From Lama guanicoe (Eukaryota): a stretch of 64,000 nt of DNA. The stretch lies in assembly GCA_013239625.1 (NCBI GenBank), contig MU054187.1:8342358-8406357 (forward strand), read 5' to 3'. The notes under the pieces were generated by a model that saw only the letters and a program-made list of their open reading frames with translations, did no database searches and was not told the origin of the DNA. The position numbers were made by a program, and so were the translations under genes. How positions within the stretch are numbered: position 1 is the stretch's first letter; each line of letters begins with the position of its first letter. Of the stretch, positions 62,005 through 64,000 are shown piece after piece.

Positions 62005-63032
62005 CAGGCAATCCTTGCTTTTCACAGGAATGGGGGACCATAAAACTGTACACGATGAAACTGTGCAAAGTGGTCTTAATCATCAGTGGGGAGAATGATG
62101 GTTATTCTGTGATCTTTTAAAGTTTTTGTCAAAGCATTAAAATCCTTCTTTCTGTTGGGTATAAATGTATAGTGAAATTATTAAAAAAAGTGAAGTTAAT
62201 ATTTACTTAGTAAACTGGATTTTAAAACATTAGAAACACTGAAAAACAACTTTTTTTTAACGAAAAACTTGAATAGTTTGAGCAGGGATTGCCTGCTTCT
62301 TCTTGCCGTGTGACACACAGTGAGCATCTTTGCTATGCCTTGGCCAACTGTCACACTCCTTTCTAAGCCGGGGTCAGCTTCCAAAACTTTATCTTTTGTG
62401 CTTTCAGTGTTGGGAAATATCTCCAAGAGTTCTTTTAATGTGCAGTAAGTTATTTGTTGTGGTCACTTCCCCTGGAAGATTATCCTTTGCATCACAACCA
62501 CGTTCCTCATTTATGTCACGTTCCCTTCACTGAAGTCCCTCTGCTGCTCATCTGGAGCCTCCAGAATGGCCATGGTGTCAACATCCCCAGGCTCAGCTAC
62601 TTCTTCTTCAACCCCCACTCTCGTTAGATTCCAATCACGCTCCCAGCAGTACCACTTTCTGTTTCTTTGCTGCACTTTCATCTTTCTTGGTCAACTTCCT
62701 CTTTCAAGTACCCAATTTTTGAGACAGGTTTATCACTGGGAGACAAGGCAGCAAGACAACTACACACTGGCGTGAACTGAATAACATACATGCAGTGACC
62801 AATCACGGACCGACACTGAAAGGACTGACGTGATTGGTCACTGGTCACGATGTGCATCTGTTATCTACATGGTGATTTGTGGACTGAAGAGTTAGCAGGG
62901 ACGTTTGTACTTTTATTTTTCACGGTAATATGCTGTAGCAACTGACATTTGAACAATATTGTTGGGGAACTGGTGTTACTTAACTAAGTCATGTAACTCA
63001 AAATTTGTGCACATTGAAACTGTAAAAGTGAC
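62005..63032 (-). mobile_element. Tigger (TcMar) DNA transposon, Tigger13a-like, with transposase remnant
   Basis: TA + CAGGCAATCCTTGCTTT terminus. Internal inverted repeat CAGTGACCAATCACG...CGTGATTGGTCACTG. Minus-strand peptide KVLEADPGLERSVTVGQGIAKML resembles Tigger transposase C-termini. Confidence 0.75.
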
Positions 63033-63794
63033 TAATAAAAAACTATCATATATCTTCACATCTATGCTAAGATGTGTTTTAATATTGTGCTATTCTATGT
63101 ACCTTTGGTAATTTTCTTTTCTGATTTTATATAATTTCATCTTTCTATATCAGTAAATCTATACCTATAGCATCCTTTAAAATGGGCTGTGTGACTTCCA
63201 CCGACTGGATATAAACAGGGTTGTTGTAATGATATAAATGGCACAATATACATAATGCTCTTAGAATTGGGCCTGCCACATAGCAAGGACTAAAAAAAGT
63301 TAATTATTAATATTTATGAGCACAATTTAGTTGATTTCCTATTGATGGATGTCTAGATAGTTCCTAATTTTAACATATTATGATGAATATCCCTGCGCAT
63401 AGATCACTGTACGCTTGCAATGATTGTTTTGAAAGATTAGCACAATCTTGGCTATCCGTACTTGGAACAAGGTTCTTAGATCCTGACTCCTCCCAAGAAG
63501 GAGAAAATAGCCACAGTTACTGCGGGGCTGGGAGGGAAAGTGGGAGCCAGACTGCATTTCTGAGTTGAGACAGCTGGGGTTGGGACCGCTTGGCAGAGTT
63601 ATTCAATAGGCAACAGCAAACACACATCTTGGGTTTGTAAACGATGTAGAGGCTTGGTTGTCAGTACATAGAACACAGGAAGGAAGTCAAGTCCTCCCAC
63701 CCAGGAAGAGCCAATGGCAAGACACAAAAGGACAGAACCTAGTCAAAAATCAATATTTAGAAATGCTAAGCGCTAAAGATAATACCAACAACAA

Positions 63795-64000
63795 AACAAC
63801 ATTCACTGAGTTCTTACTATGAGCCAGGTGGCCCGACAAGCACTTTATGTCCATTATCTCAATCAGTGCTTAAATAACCACCTTTACGAGGAAGGCACTA
63901 CTATGATTATCACAGTCTCTTTATAGATTAGAAAAGTGAGGCTCTCAAAGGTTGCATAACTAGCCCATGGCCACTCACTAACATGGTGCAGGCAGGATTT
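63795..64000 (-). mobile_element. MIR SINE (truncated by window edge)
   Basis: AACATTCACTGAGTTCTTACTATGAGCCAGG...TTTATAGATTAGAAAAGTGAGGCTC...GGCAGGATTT. Confidence 0.8.

Noticed and set aside
1..64000. CRISPR arrays, rRNA, operon-like or prokaryotic defence systems
   Set aside because: Clearly mammalian nuclear DNA; no repeat-spacer arrays or such genes seen.

Overview
Mammalian nuclear DNA, probably a camelid. That inference rests on one Vic-1-like tRNA-derived SINE and no recognisable primate, rodent, ruminant, pig, horse or carnivore SINEs. The window holds the convergent BHLHE22 / CYP7B1 locus. BHLHE22 (Bhlhb5) is a single-exon bHLH gene on + (CDS 2032-3153) inside a CpG island. CYP7B1 (oxysterol 7-alpha-hydroxylase) is on -, with coding exons 2-6 present, in frame and bounded by GT-AG sites; exon 1 lies beyond the right edge. 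CYP7B1 introns carry motif-dense blocks that look like neural enhancers, many old transposon fragments and a decayed MARK2-type kinase retrocopy with a local duplication. I see no convincing wholly new gene system. The best leads are (1) a uORF / overlapping-uORF arrangement in the BHLHE22 leader that could act as a translational switch and encode a very basic 145-aa alternative peptide, (2) clustered substitutions in substrate-contact regions of this CYP7B1, and (3) the MARK2 retrocopy. Comparisons with human proteins and repeat consensi are from memory and need alignment. Repeat boundaries are approximate.
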